In this document: positions 10,197 to 18,248 of the stretch, piece after piece
How positions within the stretch are numbered: the stretch's first letter is position 1
How the letters are laid out: the number at the start of each line of letters is the position of its first letter
Assembly: GCA_024641325.1 (NCBI GenBank)
Contig: JAHEDJ010000007.1
Location: forward strand, 3,008-67,007
Direction of reading: 5' to 3'
DNA length: 64,000 bases
Origin: a bacterium
GTDB lineage: Bacteria > Actinomycetota > Acidimicrobiia > Spongiisociales > JAHEDJ01
The notes under the pieces: model-generated
Told to the model about the DNA's origin: nothing
Databases searched by the model: none
Seen by the model: the letters and a program-made list of their open reading frames with translations, nothing else
Made by a program: the position numbers and the translations under genes

Positions 10197-12428
10197 ATGG
10201 ATCCCGAGCGCCTCAACGAACTCCAGCCTGGCGCTGATTGGCAAACCCGCCGGGGTGGGACCGTCAAGCTGTGGCTCAATCGGTTCGAGGCCTGGTCGCT
10301 CATTGTCGAGCGTGCCGTCGGTCGGCTGGTTCGCGAACGGAACCTGAACCCGCTCCATCACACCGGGACGATCACGGTGTTTCTGCTGGTTCTGCTCCTC
10401 GTCACCGGCATCTATCTCACGCTCTTCTACCAATTCGGGTTCGACGCCACCTACGAGGCTGTTGCGGGAATCGAGGCTAATCCGCTGAGCCGGATCGTCC
10501 GGGCCGTGCATCGTTACGCTTCGGCCGCCACGTTGATAACGGCCGTCATCCATGCCTGGCGAACCTTCTTCATGGATCGGTTTCGGGGCGCTCGCTGGCT
10601 GGCCTGGGTTACCGGCGTGGCCTCTGTGACGCTCGTATGGCTGGCCGGCGTCACGGGCTACTGGATGATCTGGGATGTAACGGCCGGTCCTTTGAACCAG
10701 TCCCTGATCGATTTGATTGATTGGATCCCCGGCTCGGATACATTCATCGTCAACACGTTGAACCCGCAGTTTGCCGGATCGGGCTGGGTGTTTCTCGTGC
10801 TGGTCATCACGGCGCACGTGCTGGTGAGTGCGGTCATCGGTCTGATGCTCTGGTATCACCTCAGGCGACTGAACCGGGCCCGCTGGTTGCCTCCTGCACA
10901 CTGGATGTGGATATCCAGCGCCGTGTTGCTGGCGGCCGCCGTGGCTGTGCCGGTCGGGATGCTGCCTGCGCTAGATGTCACCGAACGGGTCGGGACGATC
11001 GACCTGGATATCTGGTTTCTCGCCTACCTTCCGGCGGCGCTGCGCTCGCCCGCTTTGTTGTGGACGGCCGTCGCGACGGTGACGGTCCTTGGAGCTGCGA
11101 TTCCCTGGTTGCTGAGGCGTCGGCTACCCGCGCCCGTCGTTGTAGACCGCCGGCGGTGCACGGGTTGCACTCTCTGTTTCGTCGACTGTCCGTACCAGGC
11201 GATCGCTATGGAAAGGCAGGGGGGTGGCGAACTGTTGGCGATCGTCGATCGACAGAAGTGCGTGTCGTGCGGCATCTGTATCGGTAGTTGTCCACCGTTG
11301 GCCATCTCATTCGACGGAAATCCTCCCGAGGGCAAATGGCCGACAGACGATGAACGCGTCCGGAGCGGAGCTGCGGTCTCCTATCTGTGTGAACGCCACT
11401 TCCAGAAGAGTTCAGTCGGCAGTGATGGAATTGTCGTGCCGGTTACGTGCGTCGGGATGATTCACCCTGATGAGATAGACGCGGTGCTGTCTGCGGGGGC
11501 AAGTCGGGTGCGCCTGATCGGATGCCCGCCGGATGACTGCGCCAACCGGGAGGGCAATGAGTGGACTCAGGCCCGGTTGACCGGGAAGCGGCGTCCGAAG
11601 GCTCCGCAGGGGCTCGATCTCGGCCGGGTCGAATTCGATTGGCGAGCTCCGGGAGATCCGCTCCCCGGCGCCTCCCCGGCCGAATTCCGGGATGTTGTTC
11701 CCGCTGCGCAATGGAAGCGGCTCATGCCGGTTGCGCTGATGTTTGGAGTGTTGCTGGCCGGCCAGCTTCTATTGACCTTTGTTCCGGTGGATGCTTTTGG
11801 TGACGATTCGGCAGTGGTCGAGGTATCGATGAAGCACCGCATCGGAGTGGCGATCGAAGGAATCCCGGATCCGGAGGGACTCTTCGTAGGTAGTGGGACT
11901 CGACTCGAACTACTCATCGATGGACGGGTGGCTCTGGATCGTTCGTACGGCGGGTCGGCCGTAACGGTCTTCGAGCAGGTAGAGATCAGCCCCGGATTGC
12001 ACGAGATCACAGTCGTGGTCGATGATGGAGGGGTCCGGCAGATGGTGGTGTTCGAGGAATCCCGCGTCTTCGGCGCGCGCGAGATCATCTCGATAGCCGT
12101 CAAAGACACGCCGGGCAGTGCCGATCCGGACCGAGGTGAAGAGCTCTTCACCGCCGCTGCCATTCGTGGAGGCGCCGGATGCAGGGTTTGCCATTCGCTC
12201 AGGGAGGGAGACGACGGTGTGGGGCCGTCTCTGGCGGGTGTCGCCACCCGGGCAGCCGGCCGCATTGCGGGCGTGTCGGCCGAGGCCTATCTCCGCCAAT
12301 CCATTCTCGACCCCGACGGGTTCGTGGTTGAGGGGTATAGGCCCGGTCAGATGCGATCCGACATTGCCGAGGAGCTCACGAATGATGAACTCGCCGACCT
12401 GATTGCCTATCTTCTGACCTTGAGGTGA
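10197..12428 (+). CDS. fusion: cytochrome b (N- and C-terminal parts) + 2x[4Fe-4S] ferredoxin + MvhD/FlpD-like Fe-S domain + TM + cytochrome c
   Basis: His pairs VHRY..IHAW and AHVL..YHLR; CTGCTLCFVDCP and CVSCGICIGSCP; YLC..VTCVGM..GCPPDDCANREGN; CRVCH..GQM. Confidence 0.85.
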   Translation: MDPERLNELQPGADWQTRRGGTVKLWLNRFEAWSLIVERAVGRLVRERNLNPLHHTGTITVFLLVLLLVTGIYLTLFYQFGFDATYEAVAGIEANPLSRIVRAVHRYASAATLITAVIHAWRTFFMDRFRGARWLAWVTGVASVTLVWLAGVTGYWMIWDVTAGPLNQSLIDLIDWIPGSDTFIVNTLNPQFAGSGWVFLVLVITAHVLVSAVIGLMLWYHLRRLNRARWLPPAHWMWISSAVLLAAAVAVPVGMLPALDVTERVGTIDLDIWFLAYLPAALRSPALLWTAVATVTVLGAAIPWLLRRRLPAPVVVDRRRCTGCTLCFVDCPYQAIAMERQGGGELLAIVDRQKCVSCGICIGSCPPLAISFDGNPPEGKWPTDDERVRSGAAVSYLCERHFQKSSVGSDGIVVPVTCVGMIHPDEIDAVLSAGASRVRLIGCPPDDCANREGNEWTQARLTGKRRPKAPQGLDLGRVEFDWRAPGDPLPGASPAEFRDVVPAAQWKRLMPVALMFGVLLAGQLLLTFVPVDAFGDDSAVVEVSMKHRIGVAIEGIPDPEGLFVGSGTRLELLIDGRVALDRSYGGSAVTVFEQVEISPGLHEITVVVDDGGVRQMVVFEESRVFGAREIISIAVKDTPGSADPDRGEELFTAAAIRGGAGCRVCHSLREGDDGVGPSLAGVATRAAGRIAGVSAEAYLRQSILDPDGFVVEGYRPGQMRSDIAEELTNDELADLIAYLLTLR

Positions 12429-12433
12429 TCTAA

Positions 12434-12802
12434 ATGAAGCGACTTGTTGTGATGCTGGTCCTTTCGACACTCGTTGCGGCCTGCGGAGGGGAGTCGGGCG
12501 ATGGACCGGAACTGCTGGGACAAGAACTCTTCCATGAGATCGTGGTCGGTGGAAAAGCCGGTTGCGGTTCCTGTCACTCGATCGAGGCGGGCAAAGACGG
12601 CGTTGGTCCGTCATTGGCCGGTGTGGGAACCGCAGCTGCGGGACGGGTGACCGGCCTTGCCGCGGCCGACTATCTCAGGCAGTCGATAACCGAACCGGAC
12701 TCGTTTGTCGTTGAGGGGTTCAACGCAGGTGTCATGCCGAGAGGCTGGGAACTCAGTGATGAGCAGATCGAGTCACTGGTGGACTACCTGCTGGGCCTGT
12801 AG
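12434..12802 (+). CDS. cytochrome c lipoprotein
   Basis: Lipobox LVAAC, CGSCH, GVM axial Met; paralogous to the C-terminal domain of the upstream fusion. Confidence 0.9.
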   Translation: MKRLVVMLVLSTLVAACGGESGDGPELLGQELFHEIVVGGKAGCGSCHSIEAGKDGVGPSLAGVGTAAAGRVTGLAAADYLRQSITEPDSFVVEGFNAGVMPRGWELSDEQIESLVDYLLGL

Positions 12803-12897
12803 CGGACCGACGATAGGCAGTTGGCGATTGGCGATTGGCCCACGGGTTCACTCACCGCTTGACCAACGAAAGGAAGCGTGTCGGGCAGAACCCAGAA

Positions 12898-12942
12898 CCG
12901 AGCGACGCCCAGATCGATTCGTTGGTGGAGTACCTGACGGGT
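12898..12942 (+). pseudogene. relic of a cytochrome c 3-prime end
   Basis: Encodes PSDAQIDSLVEYLTG versus LSDEQIESLVDYLLG at 12752-12796; no start or heme motif. Confidence 0.55.
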
Positions 12943-12981
12943 GGGGGACGGGTGAAACCCAGAACCTAGAACTGCTACCAG

Positions 12982-13410
12982 CTACCTGCCTACCGGGTAG
13001 GCCGTCTCTCGCCATTCGCCGTCGTTGCCATCCACCATCTTCGAGCCGTAGAGTTCACCTTCGACGGTGACGGTGAACGAAGCGGTGCCTGCAACTTCGA
13101 GTGCTGCCTGATCTGATGTTTGCCAGTCGATCTCGAGCGTGTTGCCGTTCAGGTGTCCGGTGCCCTCCTGGAATGCTTCGGTGACGATCCACTGGAGTTC
13201 GTAGGTGCGTGGGTTGGGCCCGGGTGTGATTTCGAGCCGCCCTGTGTATTCCTGGCCGTGCGGGTCTATGCCGTTGAGAACGTAGCCGCCCACGATGGTG
13301 CCGATCAACCCGGGTGGGGCGTCTGCTGCATGCATGAGCGGATCACTATCTCCGCAGGCGGAGGCGAAGAGGGTAAGGGTGATGAGGAGCCAGGTGAGCC
13401 GAAGCAGCAT
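12982..13410 (-). CDS. hypothetical lipoprotein (predicted beta-rich)
   Basis: From ATG 13410: MLLRLTWLLITLTLFASAC lipobox, followed by alternating beta-strand-like segments. Confidence 0.7.
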   Translation of the reverse strand: MLLRLTWLLITLTLFASACGDSDPLMHAADAPPGLIGTIVGGYVLNGIDPHGQEYTGRLEITPGPNPRTYELQWIVTEAFQEGTGHLNGNTLEIDWQTSDQAALEVAGTASFTVTVEGELYGSKMVDGNDGEWRETAYPVGR

Positions 13411-13641
13411 GGGCCCAAGAATCGCTCGTATCTCGACCGCATGCGAATTGCGAACCGCGAATCGCGATCTGCCATCCTGTGAATGCCGGGGCGAACCACG
13501 TGCCGATCGCGGCCTGCGATGCGAGAGCGGGAAGCTAATCGCCAATTGTCAGTAGCCATCAACCGGCGGCTCCACTCTGATTTCGGGCCTCGCAACCATG
13601 CCTACCATTAGCGGCCCGGACGCCTTCCGGTAGGAGATTCG

Positions 13642-14364
13642 ATGGCGATCTCAGTCGATTCGCCTGAGACAACCGAGGAACCGCGCCTCTCTCGGCGAGG
13701 ACGGCGATGGCTGATCGCCGTCGCCGTCGTGGCTGCGCTCGTGGTTGCATCCGTCTTCGCATTCGTTACTTTCCAGCCCATTCAGGTATTGCCCCGGGTT
13801 CGCCTGGCGCCCGGGTTCAGCCTCATCGATTCGGAAAGCCGGACGCTGACGAGTGAAGATCTGCGAGGCCGTTTCGTCCTTTACACGTTCAGCTACTCAT
13901 CCTGCGAGAACTGCGGCTCGATCGACGAGACGATGCTCGAGATCCAGGAAGGCCTTGCTACGGCAGACCTCCGTGGTCTCCCCGTGCGGCTGGTGACGAT
14001 TTCGATTGATCCGGATGACACCCCTGAGACGCTGGCGGCTTACGCGGATTCGACAGGGGCTGATTCGTCCGTCTGGACGTTTGCGGCCGTGGAGGATGAC
14101 CGTTTCCTCGCCGATGTCGTCGCCGGCGGCTTCAACACTTATTACGCCGCCGAGGACGACGGATCCATCAGTCTCGATCGGAGCTTCGTGCTCGTTGACA
14201 ATGCCGGAATCATTCGCAACGAGTACAAATATCAGACCCAGACTTCCGATGCAGAGCGGATTCTTCGCCACCTCGGCGTTCTCGCCGAGGAAGTTGAGAA
14301 CAGCAAGGGCGCCGCCAGCCTCGCGTATGAAGCCGCTCACCTGTTCCTCTGCTACGCCCCATGA
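13642..14364 (+). CDS. atypical SCO-family/thioredoxin-fold protein
   Basis: N-terminal TM, APGFSLID, LRGRFVLYTFSYSSCENC, VTISIDPDDT, FVLVD; CxxC replaces CxxxC. Confidence 0.8.
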   Translation: MAISVDSPETTEEPRLSRRGRRWLIAVAVVAALVVASVFAFVTFQPIQVLPRVRLAPGFSLIDSESRTLTSEDLRGRFVLYTFSYSSCENCGSIDETMLEIQEGLATADLRGLPVRLVTISIDPDDTPETLAAYADSTGADSSVWTFAAVEDDRFLADVVAGGFNTYYAAEDDGSISLDRSFVLVDNAGIIRNEYKYQTQTSDAERILRHLGVLAEEVENSKGAASLAYEAAHLFLCYAP

Positions 14365-15005
14365 CAGAGTCACCGTTCTCCGAGGAACTAGCTCCTTCCC
14401 GCTCCAGGCCTCCATGGCAATATGCCCTGGTGGCCGTGCCGCTCCTGGTAGCCGGCCTCGTCTTCTGGTGGGGGTACAACCGTGCCCAGCCGCATCAGTT
14501 CAGCGGTGCAGTTATTCAGGGGCTGACCGCAGCTCCTGATTTCTCGCTCTCTTCGGACTCGGGCCCCGTTTCTTTGAGTGATCACCGCGGCAAGCTGGTG
14601 GTTCTGTACTTCGGCTACACGTTTTGTCCGGATGTCTGTCCTACCACTTTGCAGGATGTCGCCGACGCGATCGAGATCCTCGACGACGATGATGCGAAAG
14701 ATGTCCAGTTGATCTTTGTGACGGTCGATCCGGTCCGGGATACCGCAGAACGCCTTGGTGAGTACGTGCGTCACTTCGACGAGAGCTTCCTCGGGGTAAC
14801 CGGCACCGAAGAGGAGATCGGGTCGGTCGCCACCCTCTACGGGATCTACTACCGCGCCGGGGAAGGGTCGGAGGCGACCGGTTATCTGATGGAACATACG
14901 GCCACGTTGCTCGTGATTGATCGTGAAGGAAACCTGAAGGAAGTCATTCCGTTCGGGGTCGATTCGGAGGGCATCGCTGCCGATTTCGAATACATGCTGC
15001 GATAG
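14361..15005 (+). CDS. SCO1/SenC copper chaperone
   Basis: YFGYTFCPDVCP, VTVDPVRDT, MEHTATLLVID. Confidence 0.93.
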   Translation: MTESPFSEELAPSRSRPPWQYALVAVPLLVAGLVFWWGYNRAQPHQFSGAVIQGLTAAPDFSLSSDSGPVSLSDHRGKLVVLYFGYTFCPDVCPTTLQDVADAIEILDDDDAKDVQLIFVTVDPVRDTAERLGEYVRHFDESFLGVTGTEEEIGSVATLYGIYYRAGEGSEATGYLMEHTATLLVIDREGNLKEVIPFGVDSEGIAADFEYMLR

Positions 15006-15018
15006 AACAGGAGAGATC

Positions 15019-15453
15019 ATGAGGCGAATATGGGCGGCATTAGCGGCGGCCGTACTGCTCGCAGCGGCCGGATGTGCCGGTGGCGCTGATATCGAGGTTA
15101 CGGATGCCTGGGGTAGGCCGTCGCCTTCCGCGGCATCAAACGGCGCTTTGTACATGATGATCGCCAACAACACCGACTCGGTCGATCACCTGGTTGCGGT
15201 GTCTTCCTCTGCCTGCGGCGTTGCCGAACTCCATGAATCGATCATGAGCGACGGAGTCATGAGTATGAGTCCGGTTGGATCCGCCGGTATTGAGATCCCC
15301 GCGGGAGGCGAAGCGACCCTAGAGGTTGGTGGGTTACACGTTATGTGTATCGACAAGCAAGCAGACTTCATCGCAGGTGATACCTACGAAGTTACCCTCG
15401 AGTTCGATAAGGCGGGATCGCTCACCGTCGATGTGGAGATCAGAGAGGGTTAG
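15019..15453 (+). CDS. PCuAC copper chaperone lipoprotein
   Basis: Lipobox AAGC, DAWGRP, ELHES..M..M, GGLHVM. Confidence 0.9.
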   Translation: MRRIWAALAAAVLLAAAGCAGGADIEVTDAWGRPSPSAASNGALYMMIANNTDSVDHLVAVSSSACGVAELHESIMSDGVMSMSPVGSAGIEIPAGGEATLEVGGLHVMCIDKQADFIAGDTYEVTLEFDKAGSLTVDVEIREG

Positions 15454-15566
15454 GAGGCGCCCATCGGCACTCCTAGCGAGCGCGGCAAGCGCTGGAGGTA
15501 GGGGGACTCCTGCCGGAGCGCGAAGCAAGTCGTGCTTAGTCCTTCATTCGTTGTACGTTGTACGCC

Positions 15567-15962
15567 ATGGTTCCTGGAGTCCTTTTCATATGCGTCCACA
15601 ACGCCGGTCGGAGCCAGATGGCCGCCGCGTTTCTCCGTCACTACGCCGGTGACCGGGTGGTCGTCCGGTCGGCAGGTTCGATGCCGGCTTCGGAGGTGAA
15701 TCCGGCTGTTGTCGAGGCGATGAGTGAGCTCGGCATCGAGCTGAGTGACGCCGTACCCAAGGAGTTGAGCGATGGAGCGGTGCTGGCTTCCGATGTTGTG
15801 ATCACGATGGGTTGCGGCGACGCCTGTCCTATCTATCCGGGCAGGCGGTACCTCGATTGGGAACTCGAAGACCCGGCCGGCAAGACCACGGAAGAGATCC
15901 GCCCGATCCGCGACGAGATCAGTCGGCGGGTTGCGGCTCTCATCGAGGAGTTGGTCGAGTAG
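15567..15962 (+). CDS. arsC: arsenate reductase (LMW-PTP fold)
   Basis: LFICVHNAGRSQMA P-loop, VITMGCGDACP, WELEDP. Confidence 0.9.
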   Translation: MVPGVLFICVHNAGRSQMAAAFLRHYAGDRVVVRSAGSMPASEVNPAVVEAMSELGIELSDAVPKELSDGAVLASDVVITMGCGDACPIYPGRRYLDWELEDPAGKTTEEIRPIRDEISRRVAALIEELVE

Positions 15963-16019
15963 CCGCCCTGGCCCGGCCAATTGTCTTCGGGAACGGGAGT
16001 TCGCCGCGCGAAACTCCAA

Positions 16020-16046
16020 TTTGATTGGCGCTCAGCGCCAATCAAA
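16020..16046. repeat. perfect 27-bp palindrome (13-bp arms, 1-nt centre)
   Basis: tttgattggcgct-c-agcgccaatcaaa. Confidence 0.85.
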
Positions 16047-16047
16047 C

Positions 16048-16069
16048 GTTCATATTCCGTTCACCTTGT
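16048..16069 (+). promoter_or_regulatory. PHO-box-like 11-nt direct repeats upstream of pstS
   Basis: GTTCAtattcc GTTCAccttgt, plus GTTAAccc at 16082; resembles the actinobacterial PhoP GTTCAY repeat unit. Confidence 0.6.
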
Positions 16070-16179
16070 CGTCTGATCGCGGTTAACCCACTTCCCTACC
16101 GTTGAGGCCGGAGCTCGGACGGCTCCGCGGGAGGCTGCACTCTTTCCTCCCGCTCATGAGTTCGAACATGGAGTTCAAG

Positions 16180-17220
16180 ATGTTTACGAATATGCGCAAA
16201 CTGGTGGCGCTGCTCGCTGCCTTTGCGGTCATCGCGACCGCCTGCGGGGATTCGACCGAAGACACAACGCCTACGACGACTGCGGGAGCAACTGCCGGGA
16301 CTACCGCTCCGGTCGCGTCGGGAGATGGGATGCTTCCGATGGTCGATCCGCTCGACGTAGCGGGTGATATTGCCGCGGCGGGGTCGTCGACTGTGTTCCC
16401 GCTGGCTGAGGCGATGGCGGCGCGGTTCGAGAATGAGGGATATTCGGGTCAGATCACCATCGACAGCATCGGATCCGGCGCCGGGTTCGAACGATTCTGT
16501 GTCGAGGGCGAGTCGGACATTTCGAATGCGTCCCGTCCGATCAAAGAGGGAGAGATCGAGTCTTGTCGGGTTATCGATCGGGACCCGATCGAGATCCGTT
16601 TGGGAACCGATGCTCTGGCGGTGACGGTGTCACCGGGCAACACGTTCGTCACCGACATAACGCTCGAGGAGTTGGCAGTTTTGTTCTCGACGGCGGAGAC
16701 CTGGCAGGACGTGCGGTCCGACTGGCCGGCAAACCCGGTGGCCCGGTTCATTCCCGGTACCGACTCGGGTACGTTCGACTACTTCGTGGAAGAGATCTTC
16801 GACGAGGACGAGGGTCCGATCCTGGCTGCTGTGGATACGCAAAAGTCCGAGGATGACAACGTGTTGGTCCAGGGCATCACGGCCGACGGCTGTGACCCCG
16901 GCGACGTGTCGACGACCTGTGCGGTTGGGTTCTTCGGATATGCCTACTACGCCGAAAACTCAGACGCGCTGAATGTTCTGGCTGTGGAGGGAGTTGAGGC
17001 AACCGCCGATGCAGTGGATGCCGGCGAATACCCGCTGGCCCGGCCTTTGTTCATGTACACGACCGCCGGCATCATCGCCGAGAAGCCTCAGGTGGGGGCG
17101 TTTCTCAACTTCGTGCTCACCTACGTGAACGAGGAGATCATGGAAGTCGGCTACTTTCCGGCGCCTGCTTCCGACCTCGATGCAGCCAGAAGTGCACTCG
17201 CCGAAGCCCTCGGGGGCTGA
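16180..17220 (+). CDS. pstS: phosphate ABC transporter substrate-binding lipoprotein
   Basis: Lipobox IATAC, AGSSTVFP, GSGAG, SGTFDYF, YPLARPLF; ATG 16180 after GGAG. Confidence 0.93.
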   Translation: MFTNMRKLVALLAAFAVIATACGDSTEDTTPTTTAGATAGTTAPVASGDGMLPMVDPLDVAGDIAAAGSSTVFPLAEAMAARFENEGYSGQITIDSIGSGAGFERFCVEGESDISNASRPIKEGEIESCRVIDRDPIEIRLGTDALAVTVSPGNTFVTDITLEELAVLFSTAETWQDVRSDWPANPVARFIPGTDSGTFDYFVEEIFDEDEGPILAAVDTQKSEDDNVLVQGITADGCDPGDVSTTCAVGFFGYAYYAENSDALNVLAVEGVEATADAVDAGEYPLARPLFMYTTAGIIAEKPQVGAFLNFVLTYVNEEIMEVGYFPAPASDLDAARSALAEALGG

Positions 17221-17282
17221 CACGATGACCGCGACGGATGACGAGGCCCCCACTCCTCATCCGTCCGGTTTTGAGAAGGACT

Positions 17283-18248
17283 ATGAATCCGAGCGCCGCT
17301 GCGACGGTTGAAGCAATCGATCTGACACGAAAACCGCGACCCCTGGAGGTACTCGTCCAGGGGTCGATGTTCCTTGCCGGCATGATCTCAATCCTCACGA
17401 CTATCGGCATCGTCTTCGTACTGGGCCGAGAGGCGCTGTTGTTCTTTCAGACGGATGAGGTCACCCTCGGGGAGTTCTTTGGATCGACCACCTGGGAGCC
17501 GCAAATCCTTGAGTTCGGGATCTGGCCGCTGGTCCGCTCGACGATGATGGTTAGCCTCATCGCCGTCCTGGTGGCAGTTCCTCTTGGTTTGGCGACCGCC
17601 ATCTACTTGAGCGAATACGCCTCGGAGCGTGCCCGGGGGATTCTCAAGCCGATTCTCGAGGTACTCGCCGGCATCCCGACCGTCGTTTACGGCTACTTCG
17701 CTTTGACGTTCATGACCCCGATGCTGCGATCGATTTTCGGAGTGTCGATCGTTGAGATTTTCAACGTGGCGTCTGCAGGCATCGTGGTTGGGATCCTGAT
17801 CATCCCTCTGGTCTCTTCGATGAGTGAGGATGCGCTCCACGCCGTGCCGCTGTCGCTGCGCGAAGCGGCCTATGGACTTGGTGCAACCAAGCTGGAGGTT
17901 TCGCTGCGCATCGTTCTGCCGGCCGCATTGTCGGGGGTTACCGCCGCATTCGTCGTGTCCGTTTCGCGGGCCATTGGTGAGACCATGGTCGTCGCCATCG
18001 CCGCCGGGGCCTCGCCGCGCAATTGGAATCTCGGCAAGGACGGCGTTCTTACCACGATTCTCAACCCCTTCATCTCCGGCGAGACGATGACCGGACACAT
18101 CGTGCGGATCTCGGGCGGTGACCTCAGCTACAACTCGATCGACTACAACAGCGTGTTCGCCATTGGCCTGATGCTGTTCCTGATGACTCTTGGACTGAAC
18201 CTACTCAGCCGCCGGTTCGTTGCCAGGTTCAGAGAGGTTTACGAGTGA
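17283..18248 (+). CDS. pstC: phosphate ABC permease
   Basis: [36 protein letters not shown]. Confidence 0.95.
   Translation: MNPSAAATVEAIDLTRKPRPLEVLVQGSMFLAGMISILTTIGIVFVLGREALLFFQTDEVTLGEFFGSTTWEPQILEFGIWPLVRSTMMVSLIAVLVAVPLGLATAIYLSEYASERARGILKPILEVLAGIPTVVYGYFALTFMTPMLRSIFGVSIVEIFNVASAGIVVGILIIPLVSSMSEDALHAVPLSLREAAYGLGATKLEVSLRIVLPAALSGVTAAFVVSVSRAIGETMVVAIAAGASPRNWNLGKDGVLTTILNPFISGETMTGHIVRISGGDLSYNSIDYNSVFAIGLMLFLMTLGLNLLSRRFVARFREVYE

Noticed and set aside
12878-12937. 19-codon GTG-start mini-ORF after AAAGGA
   Set aside because: Runs through heptamer repeats in a different frame from the cytochrome relic; no coding support
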